DNA of 64,000 bases from an uncultured Clostridia bacterium (GCA_944376195.1 CALWBW010000003.1:2707-66706), one strand, 5' to 3'; positions 27,084 through 36,758 are shown, numbered from the stretch's first letter. The notes: a model not told the origin generated them from the sequence alone. Numbers and translations: made by a program.

Positions 27084-27644
27084 TTAAAAAACCGGATCAT
27101 TTGGCGCCCGGTCCAGCGCCGCGATCATCATCTTGGCCGTATCGACCATTTTCATCCCGTTGTCCATGCTCTGACGCTGCAGCATACGGTGCGCCTGTTC
27201 TTCCGTCAGATGCCCGTGTTCCATTAAGAGCTGTTTTGCACGGCGAATGAGAGATTCTTCCTCCGGCGTACGGCGTGGAAGCGCTTTCCGCAGAAGCCGT
27301 TCTTCCATTTGCAAGAGCATCCCCACCGACCCGCACAGCACACCGCCGTTGACAGGCGTCGGCAAAAGAAAAATCTCTTCGTTTTCGCACATGGCAAGCT
27401 GCACGGGTGTTGCGATGAGGAGCATTTGCGCTTCGTCATCCAAATTTTCGGCCAGTTCAAAGGCCGTCATATCCGAGAGTTTGAATCCGCAGACCACCAC
27501 GCCGCCGCCCATGGTTTTGATGGAACGAATCACCTCGCCGCCGCTGCGGCAGGTGTATCCGACGGGGATATTGCCGGCGGCCAGCAGGTTGGTAATTTGC
27601 TGCCGGTTTTTTTCGCTTTCAAATGCGACGATCACCCTGTTCAT
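27084..27644 (-). CDS. ANTAR-domain RNA-binding antiterminator with degenerate (pseudo-)receiver domain
   Basis: The C-terminus is ANTAR-like (EESLIRRAKQLLMEHGHLTEEQAHRMLQRQSMDNGMKMVDTAKMMI). The N-terminal CheY-like fold lacks the acceptor Asp (VVVCGFKLSDM). Confidence 0.8.
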   Translation of the reverse strand: MNRVIVAFESEKNRQQITNLLAAGNIPVGYTCRSGGEVIRSIKTMGGGVVVCGFKLSDMTAFELAENLDDEAQMLLIATPVQLAMCENEEIFLLPTPVNGGVLCGSVGMLLQMEERLLRKALPRRTPEEESLIRRAKQLLMEHGHLTEEQAHRMLQRQSMDNGMKMVDTAKMMIAALDRAPNDPVF

Positions 27645-27687
27645 GGCGGAATCAACCCTTTAAAAATAGACTTTTGTTTCTCCGTAA

Positions 27688-29019
27688 TTAATACGCGATG
27701 ATATATTTCCGGCATTCCCAGTCAGAGACCTGGGTACGGTATTCGTCCCATTCCTTTTGTTTGCCGGCAACATACTGCGTGAAGACATGCTCGCCAAGCG
27801 TCTGCCGCATCAGCGGATCCGCTTTTAAGGCGTCCAGCGCTTCCGCGAGTGTCCCCGGCAGGTTTTCAATGCCGGCGGCCATGCGTTCTGCGTCGTCCAT
27901 GGCAAAGATGTTTGCCGTGATTTCCTCCGGCGGCGTCAGGCCGCGCTCAATGCCGTCGAGACCGGCGGCCAGGCAGACTGCCAGAGCAAGATAGGGATTG
28001 CAGGAGGGATCCGGGCACCGGAGTTCCACTCTGGTGCTTTGTCCGCGCGCTGCGGGGATCCGGATGAGCGCGCTGCGGTTGGACGCGGACCACGCGAGGT
28101 AACAGGGCGCTTCATATCCGGGAACCAGTCGCTTATAGGAGTTGACGAGCGGGTTTGTGATAGCCGCCATGCCTCTGACGTGGGCAAGCAGTCCGGCAAT
28201 AAAGCTGTATGCTTCCCGGGAAAGACCGCGCGCGTCGGACGGATCATAAAAAACGTTCGTACCATTTTTGAAAAGCGACATATTGGTGTGCATACCGGAA
28301 CCGTTTACGCCGTAAATCGGCTTCGGCATAAACGTGGCATGCAGCCCGTTTTTCTGCGCCAGCGTTTTCACCGCCAGCTTGAAGGTCATGATATTATCGG
28401 CGGAGGAAAGCGCCTCGCCGTATTTAAAATCAATTTCGTGCTGTCCGGCCGCCACTTCGTGGTGTGACGCCTCAATTTCAAAGCCCATGGCCTCCAGCGC
28501 CAGACAAATCTCTCGCCGCGTTCCCTCTCCGTGATCGAGCGGACCGAGATCGAAATAGCCGGCCTCGTCGTTGGTTTGCGTGGTGGGTTTTCCGTCGCCG
28601 TCCGTTTGGAAGAGGAAGAACTCACATTCCGGTCCGACATTGAATGCATATCCCAGATCGGCGGCCTTCTTTAACACGCGCTGTAAAACGCCGCGGGGAT
28701 CACCGACAAAAGGCGTGCCGTCCGGATTATGCACGTCGCAGATGAAACGGGCAACTTTTCCGTACTGCGGACGCCAGGGGAGTACCTGGAAGCTGGAGAG
28801 ATCCGGATAAAGGTATTGGTCGGACTCCTGAATGCGAACAAATCCTTCAATGGAACTGCCGTCTATCATAATTTGATTATTGACGGCCTTTTCAATCTGC
28901 GATTTGGTGATCGCTACGTTTTTCAACTGCCCGAATATATCTGTAAACTGCATCCGGATGAATTCAATATCCTGTTCCTTCACCAGTCGGATGATATCTT
29001 CCTTCGTATACTTTGCCAT
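27688..29019 (-). CDS. glnA: Glutamine synthetase type I
   Basis: ATG 29019 follows AAAGGAG. The product is [30 protein letters not shown]..., 443 aa. Confidence 0.95.
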   Translation of the reverse strand: MAKYTKEDIIRLVKEQDIEFIRMQFTDIFGQLKNVAITKSQIEKAVNNQIMIDGSSIEGFVRIQESDQYLYPDLSSFQVLPWRPQYGKVARFICDVHNPDGTPFVGDPRGVLQRVLKKAADLGYAFNVGPECEFFLFQTDGDGKPTTQTNDEAGYFDLGPLDHGEGTRREICLALEAMGFEIEASHHEVAAGQHEIDFKYGEALSSADNIMTFKLAVKTLAQKNGLHATFMPKPIYGVNGSGMHTNMSLFKNGTNVFYDPSDARGLSREAYSFIAGLLAHVRGMAAITNPLVNSYKRLVPGYEAPCYLAWSASNRSALIRIPAARGQSTRVELRCPDPSCNPYLALAVCLAAGLDGIERGLTPPEEITANIFAMDDAERMAAGIENLPGTLAEALDALKADPLMRQTLGEHVFTQYVAGKQKEWDEYRTQVSDWECRKYIIAY

Positions 29020-29053
29020 ACATTCCGCTCCTTTCGGTCGTTTGCGCCGTGAT

Positions 29054-29109
29054 AAAAGAAAAAAGAGCAAAACACGCCCGGTTTTCCCCGGAGAACGTCT
29101 TTGCTCTTC
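29054..29109 (-). terminator. Intrinsic terminator in the glnA 5' leader (attenuator)
   Basis: The minus-strand RNA reads AAGAGCAAA-gACGuucuCCGGggaaaaCCGGgCGUgu-UUUGCUCUU followed by UUUUCUUUU. It lies between the predicted promoter and the glnA RBS. Confidence 0.7.
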
Positions 29110-29120
29110 GTCATGGCTGT

Positions 29121-29161
29121 ATTATACTATGCAGAAAAATGCGTTGTCAACAGAAAAATGC
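29121..29161 (-). promoter_or_regulatory. glnA promoter flanked by an 11-bp direct repeat
   Basis: On the minus strand: TTGACA (29150-29145), 18 nt spacer, TATAAT (29126-29121). The plus-strand repeat CAGAAAAATGC occurs at 29132-29142 and 29151-29161. Confidence 0.55.
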
Positions 29162-29272
29162 AGGAGATTGAAACTTTTGTTGCACATTACAAAAGCACGC
29201 GGCGTGTATTCTTCTCTTTTATGCAGATTTTTGAAGGATATCCGTCAAAATCTCGCAGGAGTGAAGCGGAGC

Positions 29273-30808
29273 CTAGTTTTGGGAACCGGCAAGCCGGGCG
29301 AGTGTTTTGAAATCGCCGTATAGATCCTGGTAGAGCTTTTTGTGGAGCGCATAATACCCCTCGTAGGCGCGATGTACCGCCGGATCAGGGCAGTGCGTCT
29401 CATTTTTCTGCACAAGCGCCGCACAGGCCTCTTCCACGGAGGCATACTCTCCCGCGGCGACTCCGGCGAGGATGGCGACCCCGAGCGCCGCGCCGCCTTC
29501 CGCGGCCTGTACGGTACTGACCGGGCAGCCGTAAATGTCCGCAAGCATCTGCCGCCACAGCGCGCTTTTCCCGCCGCCGCCGCAGACGCGCATGTCGCGG
29601 GGCGCGCAGCCCAGCTCCTGATAGACATCCAGGCATTCGCGCAGGCAGAAGCTTACGCCCTCCATAACAGCGCGGATCATGTGCGGGCGGCCGTGGATGG
29701 CGGATAATCCGAAAAATACGCCGCGGCAGTCCGCGTCCGTATGCGGCGAGCGTTCGCCCAGGAGGTAGGGCAGGAACAAAAGCCCTTCACTGCCCGGCGC
29801 CACGCCGGCGGCCAAGTCGTCCATAAAGGCAAAGGCGTCACGGCCCAGCGCGCGCGCCTCTTCAATTTCCGTGCCGCACACCACGTCGCGCAGCCACTTG
29901 AGGGAGTACCCCGCTGCCTGTACGCAGCCCATCATCATCCATTTCCCCGGCGCCGCCGCGCACAGACAGTTCACGCGGCCCTCGTAGTCCGGCCGTACCC
30001 GTTCCGTGAGCAGGTACGGCACGCCGGAGGTGCCGATGGTAGTAAAGGCAAGGCCGTCTGTCATGGCGCCCATGCCCACACCTGCGGCAGGATTGTCTCC
30101 GGCGCCGCCGGCCACGATGGTACCGGGCAGAAGGCCCGTCCGTTCCGCAGCCTCCCGGGAAATGACGCCGGTGACCTCCGGCGATTCATGCATCCGGGGG
30201 AGCTTTTCCCGGTCGATGCCGAGCGCTTTCAGCAGTTCGTCCGACCAATCACGGCGGCGGATGTCAAGCAGCTGCAGCCCGGACGCATCCGACACCTCCG
30301 TGGCGTATTCGCCCGTCAGGCGGTAACGTACATAATCCTTCGGCGCCAGGATCTGCGCGGCGCGCTCATAAATGTCCGGCTGGTGGTTTTTCACCCAGAG
30401 GATTTTCGCCGCGCCAAGCCCCGGAATGGCACGGTTGCCCGTCAGTTCCACAACGCGGCGTTCGCCCACCCGGCGGTTCATTTCTTCCACTTCCTCCGTA
30501 GCGCGTAGGTCGCACCAGAGAATGGCGGGACGCAAAACGCGCCCATCGCGGTCGGTTATGACATGGCCGTTCATCTGGCCGGAAAGCCCCACGCCGCGTA
30601 CTTCCCGCGCCGGGACGCCGCTTTCCGACAAGACGGCCCGGATGCCGTCTGCCGTGGCATTCCACCAGTCCTCCGGATTCTGCTCCGCCCACGCGCTGCG
30701 CGGACAGTGCATGGGATAGGAAATGGTGTGCGAGGCCAGTGCCTTCCCGGCCAGGTCGAAAAGCACGGTTTTGGTGGCGGAGGTGCCGATGTCGATACCC
30801 AGCAACAT
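29273..30808 (-). CDS. xylB: Xylulokinase (FGGY family)
   Basis: MLLGIDIGTSATKTVLFD..., with FGGY N- and C-terminal domains. 511 aa. Confidence 0.85.
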   Translation of the reverse strand: MLLGIDIGTSATKTVLFDLAGKALASHTISYPMHCPRSAWAEQNPEDWWNATADGIRAVLSESGVPAREVRGVGLSGQMNGHVITDRDGRVLRPAILWCDLRATEEVEEMNRRVGERRVVELTGNRAIPGLGAAKILWVKNHQPDIYERAAQILAPKDYVRYRLTGEYATEVSDASGLQLLDIRRRDWSDELLKALGIDREKLPRMHESPEVTGVISREAAERTGLLPGTIVAGGAGDNPAAGVGMGAMTDGLAFTTIGTSGVPYLLTERVRPDYEGRVNCLCAAAPGKWMMMGCVQAAGYSLKWLRDVVCGTEIEEARALGRDAFAFMDDLAAGVAPGSEGLLFLPYLLGERSPHTDADCRGVFFGLSAIHGRPHMIRAVMEGVSFCLRECLDVYQELGCAPRDMRVCGGGGKSALWRQMLADIYGCPVSTVQAAEGGAALGVAILAGVAAGEYASVEEACAALVQKNETHCPDPAVHRAYEGYYALHKKLYQDLYGDFKTLARLAGSQN

Positions 30809-30931
30809 GATTCTCAATCCTTTCAAAAAAACAGCTTTACTTTTCTTTATCTATGGTGTATTGTAATCAAAGATATGAAGGTTGCGGCAAGCGGCCGCGA
30901 TTGATTTTATAGGGAAAAGGGAGAGTTTTGT

Positions 30932-31960
30932 ATGTCTGTCATTACGATTGTCGGCTCCGGCGTCATGGGTTCGGCCATGTGCTGGCCTGCCCGCGATAAC
31001 GGGCACGAAGTGCGTCTTGTCGGGACGCATCTGGACCGGGAAATTATTGACGCCGCACAGAAAACCGGAGAACATATCAAATTAAAACGCCGTCTGCCGG
31101 AGGGTGTGCGCTGCTACCAGATCGAAGAGCTGGAGACGGCGCTTTCGGGCGCGGATCTTGTCATCAGCGGCGTGTCAAGTTTTGGCGCGAAGTGGTTTGA
31201 GGAGACTGTCGTGCCGAAGCTGCCGGATGGTATGGCGGTGCTTTCCGTTACAAAGGGTCTGGAAGAACAGGCAGACGGTACGCTGCTGCCGTTCCCGACC
31301 GCTATGGCAAGCCGTCTGCCAAAGGGCCGGCGGATTTCCTTCCATGCCATCGGCGGGCCGTGTCTGTGTTACGAGCTCTGCGACCGGTTTGACACCACCA
31401 TCGCGTTCTGCGGATCGGACCGCGAGCTGCTGGAAAAACTGCGCGAGCTGCTGGAAACCGCGCATTATCACGTCTGCATTACGACGGATGTTGCCGGTGT
31501 GGAGTGCGCCGTCGCAATGAAAAACGGATTTGCGCTGGGCGTTGCGCTGGCCATTGGGCAGAAGCAGGCGGCGGGGATCGAGAACTTAAACCCCGAATCC
31601 GCGCTTTTTGGCGAGGCGACGCGCGAAACGCTGCGTCTGATCCGTCTCATGGGCGGCGAAGAGGAGAGCATCTGCTACTTCGCCGGGGACCTTTACGTCA
31701 CGGTGTATGCCGGACGTTCCCGCCGTTTGGGCGAACTGCTGGGCCGCGGGCTGGATATTGATGAGGCAAAAGCGCGCTTAAACGGCGTGACGCTGGAGTC
31801 CGCCGCGGTGGACGTCACCGTTGCGCACGCGCTGCGCCGCATGGCGGAGGACGGCCGCGCCAATCCCGCAGATTTCCCGCTTTTGATGCATATTGATGAG
31901 TTGCTGTCGCAACATGCCAAATTGAATATTCCATGGCATGCCATGGCCCGGAACGCATAG
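30932..31960 (+). CDS. NAD(P)H-dependent glycerol-3-phosphate dehydrogenase-like oxidoreductase
   Basis: ITIVGSGVMGSAMCWPA Rossmann motif and a GpsA-like length and C-terminal domain. The match is divergent. Confidence 0.6.
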   Translation: MSVITIVGSGVMGSAMCWPARDNGHEVRLVGTHLDREIIDAAQKTGEHIKLKRRLPEGVRCYQIEELETALSGADLVISGVSSFGAKWFEETVVPKLPDGMAVLSVTKGLEEQADGTLLPFPTAMASRLPKGRRISFHAIGGPCLCYELCDRFDTTIAFCGSDRELLEKLRELLETAHYHVCITTDVAGVECAVAMKNGFALGVALAIGQKQAAGIENLNPESALFGEATRETLRLIRLMGGEEESICYFAGDLYVTVYAGRSRRLGELLGRGLDIDEAKARLNGVTLESAAVDVTVAHALRRMAEDGRANPADFPLLMHIDELLSQHAKLNIPWHAMARNA

Positions 31961-32066
31961 ACCGTGTCCTTGTTATTTTATCATAAACTAGAAAAATTCC
32001 ATAGAGGCAAACCGCAATTTTTTCAGCCAACCCGTCTGAATAGATGATATCCAGGAGGATGAGAAC

Positions 32067-33470
32067 TTGAAACTTCGAAAAATCAGATTTCATTCGCCCT
32101 TTGCCTCCTTGTACGCAGAGGCGCGGTTGCTTCCTGATATTCAGAGAAGCCTGCTGTTTTTGCTGTTCAGCAACATTTTTGGTAATATGCATGCAATCAT
32201 CTGCGGCAGCGGTACGACGTCGATGATTCAGCTTTCCAATTTCCTGGGCGCCGGTGATTTTGAATACGGCCTTATTACCGGTATCCCGCTTGCCGCGGCG
32301 TTTTTGCAGATCCCGTTTTCCATCATTGTCAACCGTACGCAGAGACGAAAGAAATATCTGCTTACTTTTGGGCTTTTTTCGCGTGTTTTATGGCTGCTCT
32401 TCGGCCTGGTTCCGTTTTTTATTCCGGCGGATCCGGATTGGCTCCGGCTTTGGACGGTTATTTTCCTTCTGGGCATTTCGTCCTGCTGCGGGTCTTTTAT
32501 CAATGTCTGCTGGATGCCGTGGATGGCGGATTTAATGCCCATTGGAATCCGCGGACGCTGGATCTCCCGGCGTGACTGCATCAACTCCGTATTCGGCGTG
32601 GTGCTGGGGTTGATTGTCGCGCAAATCTTGGATACCGTGGACGGCCCGATCAAGTACACCGTCATCTTCCTGATGGGCGGTACGTTCGGCGTGGTGGATA
32701 TGTTGTGCTATATTTTTATCAAAGAGGTGTATTCCACGCCGCCTGTAAAGATGAATATCATTCAGTCTATGAAACGCGTCGTTCACGACAAACCGTTTGT
32801 GCGGTTTACGGTGTTCTGGGCTGCCTGGTGTTTCACCTCCAACATGAGCGGGATGTATATCTCGCGCTACGCCATGAACGAAATGGGCATGTCCAATATG
32901 AACGTCACGATTTACGGAACGATTACGGCGTCGCTCATTACGATTTTCGTGATTTCGCACTGGGGCAAATTCCTGGACCGTTACGGCTGTAAGCCGATCA
33001 TGCTGGTTTCCGGTCTGGTTGCCGCGCTGACGCAGGGATTTTTCCTGTTTATGCGGTACGGCGACTTGTGGCAGATGTTTGTCCATAACTTTATCGGCGC
33101 GGCCTTCTGGAGCGCGTCGAACCTCGCGGCAACGACGATGCAGCTTTCCTATTCTCCTAACGAGGGCAGGCCGTCCTATCTGGCGTTTTTCTCGTGCATC
33201 ACCTCGTTCTGCGGGTCCTTTGCTGGCGTTTTGGTCGGCGGCGCCGCGCTGGACTGGATGCAGTCGATCGGCATCTCCGGAAATACGGGCTTTGACCGCT
33301 ATAAAATCCTGATTGCGGTTGCCATCACGTTGCGTTTCCTGGTTGTTGTGCTGCTGGTGCCTAAGATGGACAATGACCGCGAGGCGACAACGCGTGATAT
33401 GCTGCGCGATTTCGGACGCTATGTCTCCTTGCTGCCGCGGCGTCTGCGTTATCTCGTCCGGCGGTATTGA
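32067..33470 (+). CDS. MFS-type transporter
   Basis: 467 aa with about 12 predicted TM segments. TTG start lies 8 nt after AGGAGG (32053-32058). Confidence 0.7.
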   Translation: MKLRKIRFHSPFASLYAEARLLPDIQRSLLFLLFSNIFGNMHAIICGSGTTSMIQLSNFLGAGDFEYGLITGIPLAAAFLQIPFSIIVNRTQRRKKYLLTFGLFSRVLWLLFGLVPFFIPADPDWLRLWTVIFLLGISSCCGSFINVCWMPWMADLMPIGIRGRWISRRDCINSVFGVVLGLIVAQILDTVDGPIKYTVIFLMGGTFGVVDMLCYIFIKEVYSTPPVKMNIIQSMKRVVHDKPFVRFTVFWAAWCFTSNMSGMYISRYAMNEMGMSNMNVTIYGTITASLITIFVISHWGKFLDRYGCKPIMLVSGLVAALTQGFFLFMRYGDLWQMFVHNFIGAAFWSASNLAATTMQLSYSPNEGRPSYLAFFSCITSFCGSFAGVLVGGAALDWMQSIGISGNTGFDRYKILIAVAITLRFLVVVLLVPKMDNDREATTRDMLRDFGRYVSLLPRRLRYLVRRY

Positions 33471-33487
33471 GGTTCGTGTGCCTTTTT

Positions 33488-33530
33488 CCAGGCGCCGCAG
33501 GTGTTTCGAACACGGCGGCGCCTGGTTTAT
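33488..33530 (+). terminator. Terminator after the MFS gene
   Basis: ccaggcgccgc (33488-33498) / gcggcgcctgg (33515-33525) followed by TTTAT. Confidence 0.6.
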
Positions 33531-33535
33531 CTTCC

Positions 33536-33592
33536 GTATTTATCGATTTTCGATAAATACATATTGACATTCGAGATGTCTTGTGCTAGAAT
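33536..33592 (+). promoter_or_regulatory. Perfect 11-bp inverted repeat abutting an extended -10 promoter
   Basis: gtatttatcga-ttt-tcgataaatac (33536-33560). Then TTGACA (33564-33569), 17 nt spacer, TGcTAGAAT (33584-33592). Confidence 0.6.
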
Positions 33593-33627
33593 CTTGGTAA
33601 ATCAGAAGGAAAGAGAGGTCCTTTTCC

Positions 33628-34110
33628 GTGAAACAGCCTGCACTTGCTCTGTGCCTGAAAATCTGTACGGTCGCCATTGCGCTTGTCGCGGCGGTCGTCC
33701 TGTACCACATCCTGCCCGCCGGGGTGGATGCCTGCCTGGCGGAGGTGCCTGCCTCCTATGCCTGGCTGCGGACTCCCAGCAAGGTGATAATTCTGCTGTC
33801 TTCCCTGCCCTGTGCCGTGGCGCTGGTTGCTTTTTTCCTGATTTGCCGCGAGATCGGCCGCGACAACTCCTTTTGCCGGAAGAATGTACGGCGTTTGATT
33901 TTGATTGCCGCCTGCGCGATTGCCGGTGTGCTCTTTTGCACGGCGGAGTTTCTGCTGCTGTTTTCCGCGGGTGCGCTGCATCCGGGCATCGCGCTGTTGT
34001 GCATTGCCATTTCGCTCTTTGGCGTAACCATTGCGGCTGCGGCGGCTATCCTCTCCCACCTTGTGGAGAAGGCGTGCGTGCTGCGGGAAGAACAGGATTT
34101 GACGATTTAA
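33628..34110 (+). CDS. DUF2975-type membrane protein
   Basis: 160 aa with 4 TM segments, immediately upstream of a YozG-like HTH gene. This is the known DUF2975/HTH pairing. Confidence 0.65.
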   Translation: MKQPALALCLKICTVAIALVAAVVLYHILPAGVDACLAEVPASYAWLRTPSKVIILLSSLPCAVALVAFFLICREIGRDNSFCRKNVRRLILIAACAIAGVLFCTAEFLLLFSAGALHPGIALLCIAISLFGVTIAAAAAILSHLVEKACVLREEQDLTI

Positions 34111-34120
34111 GGAGGGCGGT

Positions 34121-34345
34121 ATGTCGATACGAATCAATTTGGATGTCATGCTGGCCCGCCGCAAGATGAGCGTGACGGAGCTTTCCGCCCGGGTTGGACT
34201 GACGATGGCAAATCTCTCCGTTTTGAAGAACGGCCGCGCGCGCGCCATCCGCCTGGAAACACTCGACCGGATCTGCCGGGCACTGGATTGTCAACCCGGC
34301 GACATTTTGGAATATACGCCTGATAAAGAAACGCCCGGCGATTGA
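34121..34345 (+). CDS. XRE-family HTH regulator (YozG-like)
   Basis: [65 protein letters not shown]. Confidence 0.85.
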   Translation: MSIRINLDVMLARRKMSVTELSARVGLTMANLSVLKNGRARAIRLETLDRICRALDCQPGDILEYTPDKETPGD

Positions 34346-34400
34346 TGCCGGGCGCTTTTTTGTGGTATACTGTTCTTATTCCAGGGATGAGGTGCTTTTT

Positions 34401-35057
34401 ATGGAGTATCAGGAAATTCTTGCTCATGTAGACCACACGCTGCTGGCGCCGGACGCCACGCGCGAGGATATCTGTGCGCTCTGCGACGACGCGATCCGGT
34501 ATCGGACCGCAAGCGTCTGCATTCCGCCGGTTTATGTGCGCCTGGCGCACGAATGTTGTGCCGGACGTATGGCGGTTTGTACGGTGATCGGTTTCCCGAA
34601 TGGGTACGCGACTTCTGCGGTAAAAGCGTTTGAAACGCGCGACGCCGTGGAAAACGGCGCGGATGAAATTGATATGGTGATCCCTGTCGGCGCGGTGAAG
34701 GACGGCGACTGGGATGCGGTCGCGGCGGATATTCGCGCGGTTCGCGCCGCGTGTGAAGGAAAGATTTTAAAGGTCATCATCGAGACCTGCCTGCTTACGG
34801 ACGCGGAAAAAATCCGGCTCTGCGGTATTGTTGGCGATTGCGGCGCGGAGTATATCAAAACGTCTACCGGGTTTTCCCGCGGTGGCGCGACTTTCGACGA
34901 TGTGCGGCTGATGGCTGTGCATGTCCCGGCCGGACTTCGCATCAAGGCGGCAGGCGGGATCTCGTCGCTTGCGGAAGCCGAGCAATTCCTCGCACTTGGC
35001 GCGGACCGCCTGGGTACCAGCCGGATCGTGAAAATTTTGAAAGGCCGTGACCTGTAA
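34401..35057 (+). CDS. deoC: Deoxyribose-phosphate aldolase
   Basis: HVDHTLL..., VCIPP, VIGFPNG, and Schiff-base Lys context YIKTSTGF. Confidence 0.93.
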   Translation: MEYQEILAHVDHTLLAPDATREDICALCDDAIRYRTASVCIPPVYVRLAHECCAGRMAVCTVIGFPNGYATSAVKAFETRDAVENGADEIDMVIPVGAVKDGDWDAVAADIRAVRAACEGKILKVIIETCLLTDAEKIRLCGIVGDCGAEYIKTSTGFSRGGATFDDVRLMAVHVPAGLRIKAAGGISSLAEAEQFLALGADRLGTSRIVKILKGRDL

Positions 35058-35058
35058 A

Positions 35059-36228
35059 ATGGCAATTCATCGTGTTTTTGTTTTGATTCTGGACAGTTTC
35101 GGCATCGGCGCCGCACCGGATGCGGCTGATTTCGGAGACGAAGGCGCCAATACGCTTGCCTCCTGTGCCGCGTCGCCGGCGCTGGACATCCCCAATCTGC
35201 GCCGTTTGGGGCTTGGAAATATCGACGGGGTGACTTGTCTGGACCGGGAGACGCGCCCGGAGGGTGCGTTTGCACGTTTGCAGGAGCTCTCGCGCGGAAA
35301 AGATACCACCGTCGGCCACTGGGAATTGGCTGGCCTGATCTCTCCGCGCCCGCTGCCGACCTATCCGGACGGGTTCCCGCCGGAGGTTATTCGGGAATTT
35401 GAGCGCCGTACGGGCCGCGGGGTGCTCTGCAACCGTCCGTATTCCGGGACGCAGGTCATTCTGGATTATGGCCGGGAACAGATCGAAACCGGGAAACTGA
35501 TTGTCTATACCTCTGCCGACAGTGTGTTTCAAATTGCCGCGCATGAGACGTATATTGGGCTTGCGGAACTGTATCGCTGCTGTCGTATCGCGCGGGAACT
35601 GCTCCAGGGAGAGCACGGTGTTGGCCGCGTAATTGCGCGGCCGTATGTCGGAGAGTATCCGAATTTCACGCGGACGGCGAACCGTCATGATTTCTCCCTT
35701 GTCCCGCCGGGCCCCACGATGCCGCGAGCCCTTGCGGCGGCGGGCTTTGACGTGCTCGGCGTAGGCAAAATTTCAGATATTTTCGCAGGCGATGGGATTA
35801 CCGAAACGTACCCCATTATCTCCAATGACGACGGCATGGAGAGAACCCTTGCGCTTGCGGAAAAAGAGTTTCACGGCCTCTGTTTTGTCAATCTGGTGGA
35901 TTTTGACAGCCGGTATGGACATCGCCGCGATCGGGACGGCTATGCCGCGGCGCTCTCGTCGTTTGACCGCGCGCTGGGCAGGCTGCTGCCCCGCCTCCGG
36001 GCGGATGACCTGCTGCTGATTTCCGCCGACCATGGCTGTGATCCGGGGTTTACCGGTACGGATCATACTCGCGAATACGTCCCTCTCCTTGCGTTCGGCA
36101 ACGCCGTACGCGCGGGCGTGAACTTTGGCACGCGCGCGTTTTCCGATTTGGGCGCTACGGTGCTGGACCTTTTCGGTGTGGAGGGCGGCATCGCGGGCAA
36201 AAGTTTTGCCGCGGAGTTGCTGCGGTGA
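35059..36228 (+). CDS. deoB: Phosphopentomutase
   Basis: ILDSFGIGAAPDA..., NLVDFDSRYGHRRD, SADHGCDP. The ATG lies 1 nt after the deoC stop. Confidence 0.93.
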   Translation: MAIHRVFVLILDSFGIGAAPDAADFGDEGANTLASCAASPALDIPNLRRLGLGNIDGVTCLDRETRPEGAFARLQELSRGKDTTVGHWELAGLISPRPLPTYPDGFPPEVIREFERRTGRGVLCNRPYSGTQVILDYGREQIETGKLIVYTSADSVFQIAAHETYIGLAELYRCCRIARELLQGEHGVGRVIARPYVGEYPNFTRTANRHDFSLVPPGPTMPRALAAAGFDVLGVGKISDIFAGDGITETYPIISNDDGMERTLALAEKEFHGLCFVNLVDFDSRYGHRRDRDGYAAALSSFDRALGRLLPRLRADDLLLISADHGCDPGFTGTDHTREYVPLLAFGNAVRAGVNFGTRAFSDLGATVLDLFGVEGGIAGKSFAAELLR

Positions 36229-36252
36229 CAGAAAGAAAGGAGAAAAAGGAAA

Positions 36253-36663
36253 ATGGATGAAAAACGTCTGTTTTCTCAGGCGCTTGCCGCGCGTGCGCGT
36301 GCCTATACGCCGTATTCGCACTTTGCCGTCGGCGCGGCGCTGCTGTGCGCCGATGGCACGGTGTATACCGGCTGCAACATTGAAAATGCGGCGTTTACAC
36401 CGACGGTCTGCGCCGAACGCGTTGCGTTTTTCAAGGCTGTTTCAGATGGACACCGCGATTTTGCGGCGATTGCCGTGGCCGGTGCGCCGGAAGGTACTGC
36501 GCCGGACAGCCTCTGCGCGCCGTGCGGCGTCTGCCGTCAGGTGATGGCGGAATTCTGCCGTGTGGAGTCATTCCGCGTCCTGTTGGGGACAACGCCGGAG
36601 GATATGCGCGCGTATACGCTCGCGGACTTGCTCCCCCTTGCCTTCTCCGGGGATATGCTGTAA
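36253..36663 (+). CDS. cdd: Cytidine deaminase
   Basis: CAERVA...PCGVCRQ zinc motifs, 136 aa. Confidence 0.93.
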   Translation: MDEKRLFSQALAARARAYTPYSHFAVGAALLCADGTVYTGCNIENAAFTPTVCAERVAFFKAVSDGHRDFAAIAVAGAPEGTAPDSLCAPCGVCRQVMAEFCRVESFRVLLGTTPEDMRAYTLADLLPLAFSGDML

Positions 36664-36715
36664 ACTTGCGGCCTGACGGCGAGCAAACTTCTTGGATAAT
36701 CTTCCTATTATCGCT

Positions 36716-36754
36716 AACGGTATATCGATATCGGCATATCGATATACCGTTTTT
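36716..36754 (+). terminator. Strong terminator after deoC-deoB-cdd
   Basis: A 16-bp perfect stem, aacggtatatcgatat-cggc-atatcgatataccgtt, followed by TTT. Confidence 0.85.
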
Positions 36755-36758
36755 ACAG

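Noticed and set aside
29174-29195. Possible TnrA/GlnR box upstream of glnA.
   Set aside because: The palindrome is CTTTTGT-N8-ACAAAAG. It does not fit TGTNA-N7-TNACA in either spacing or the conserved A/T positions.
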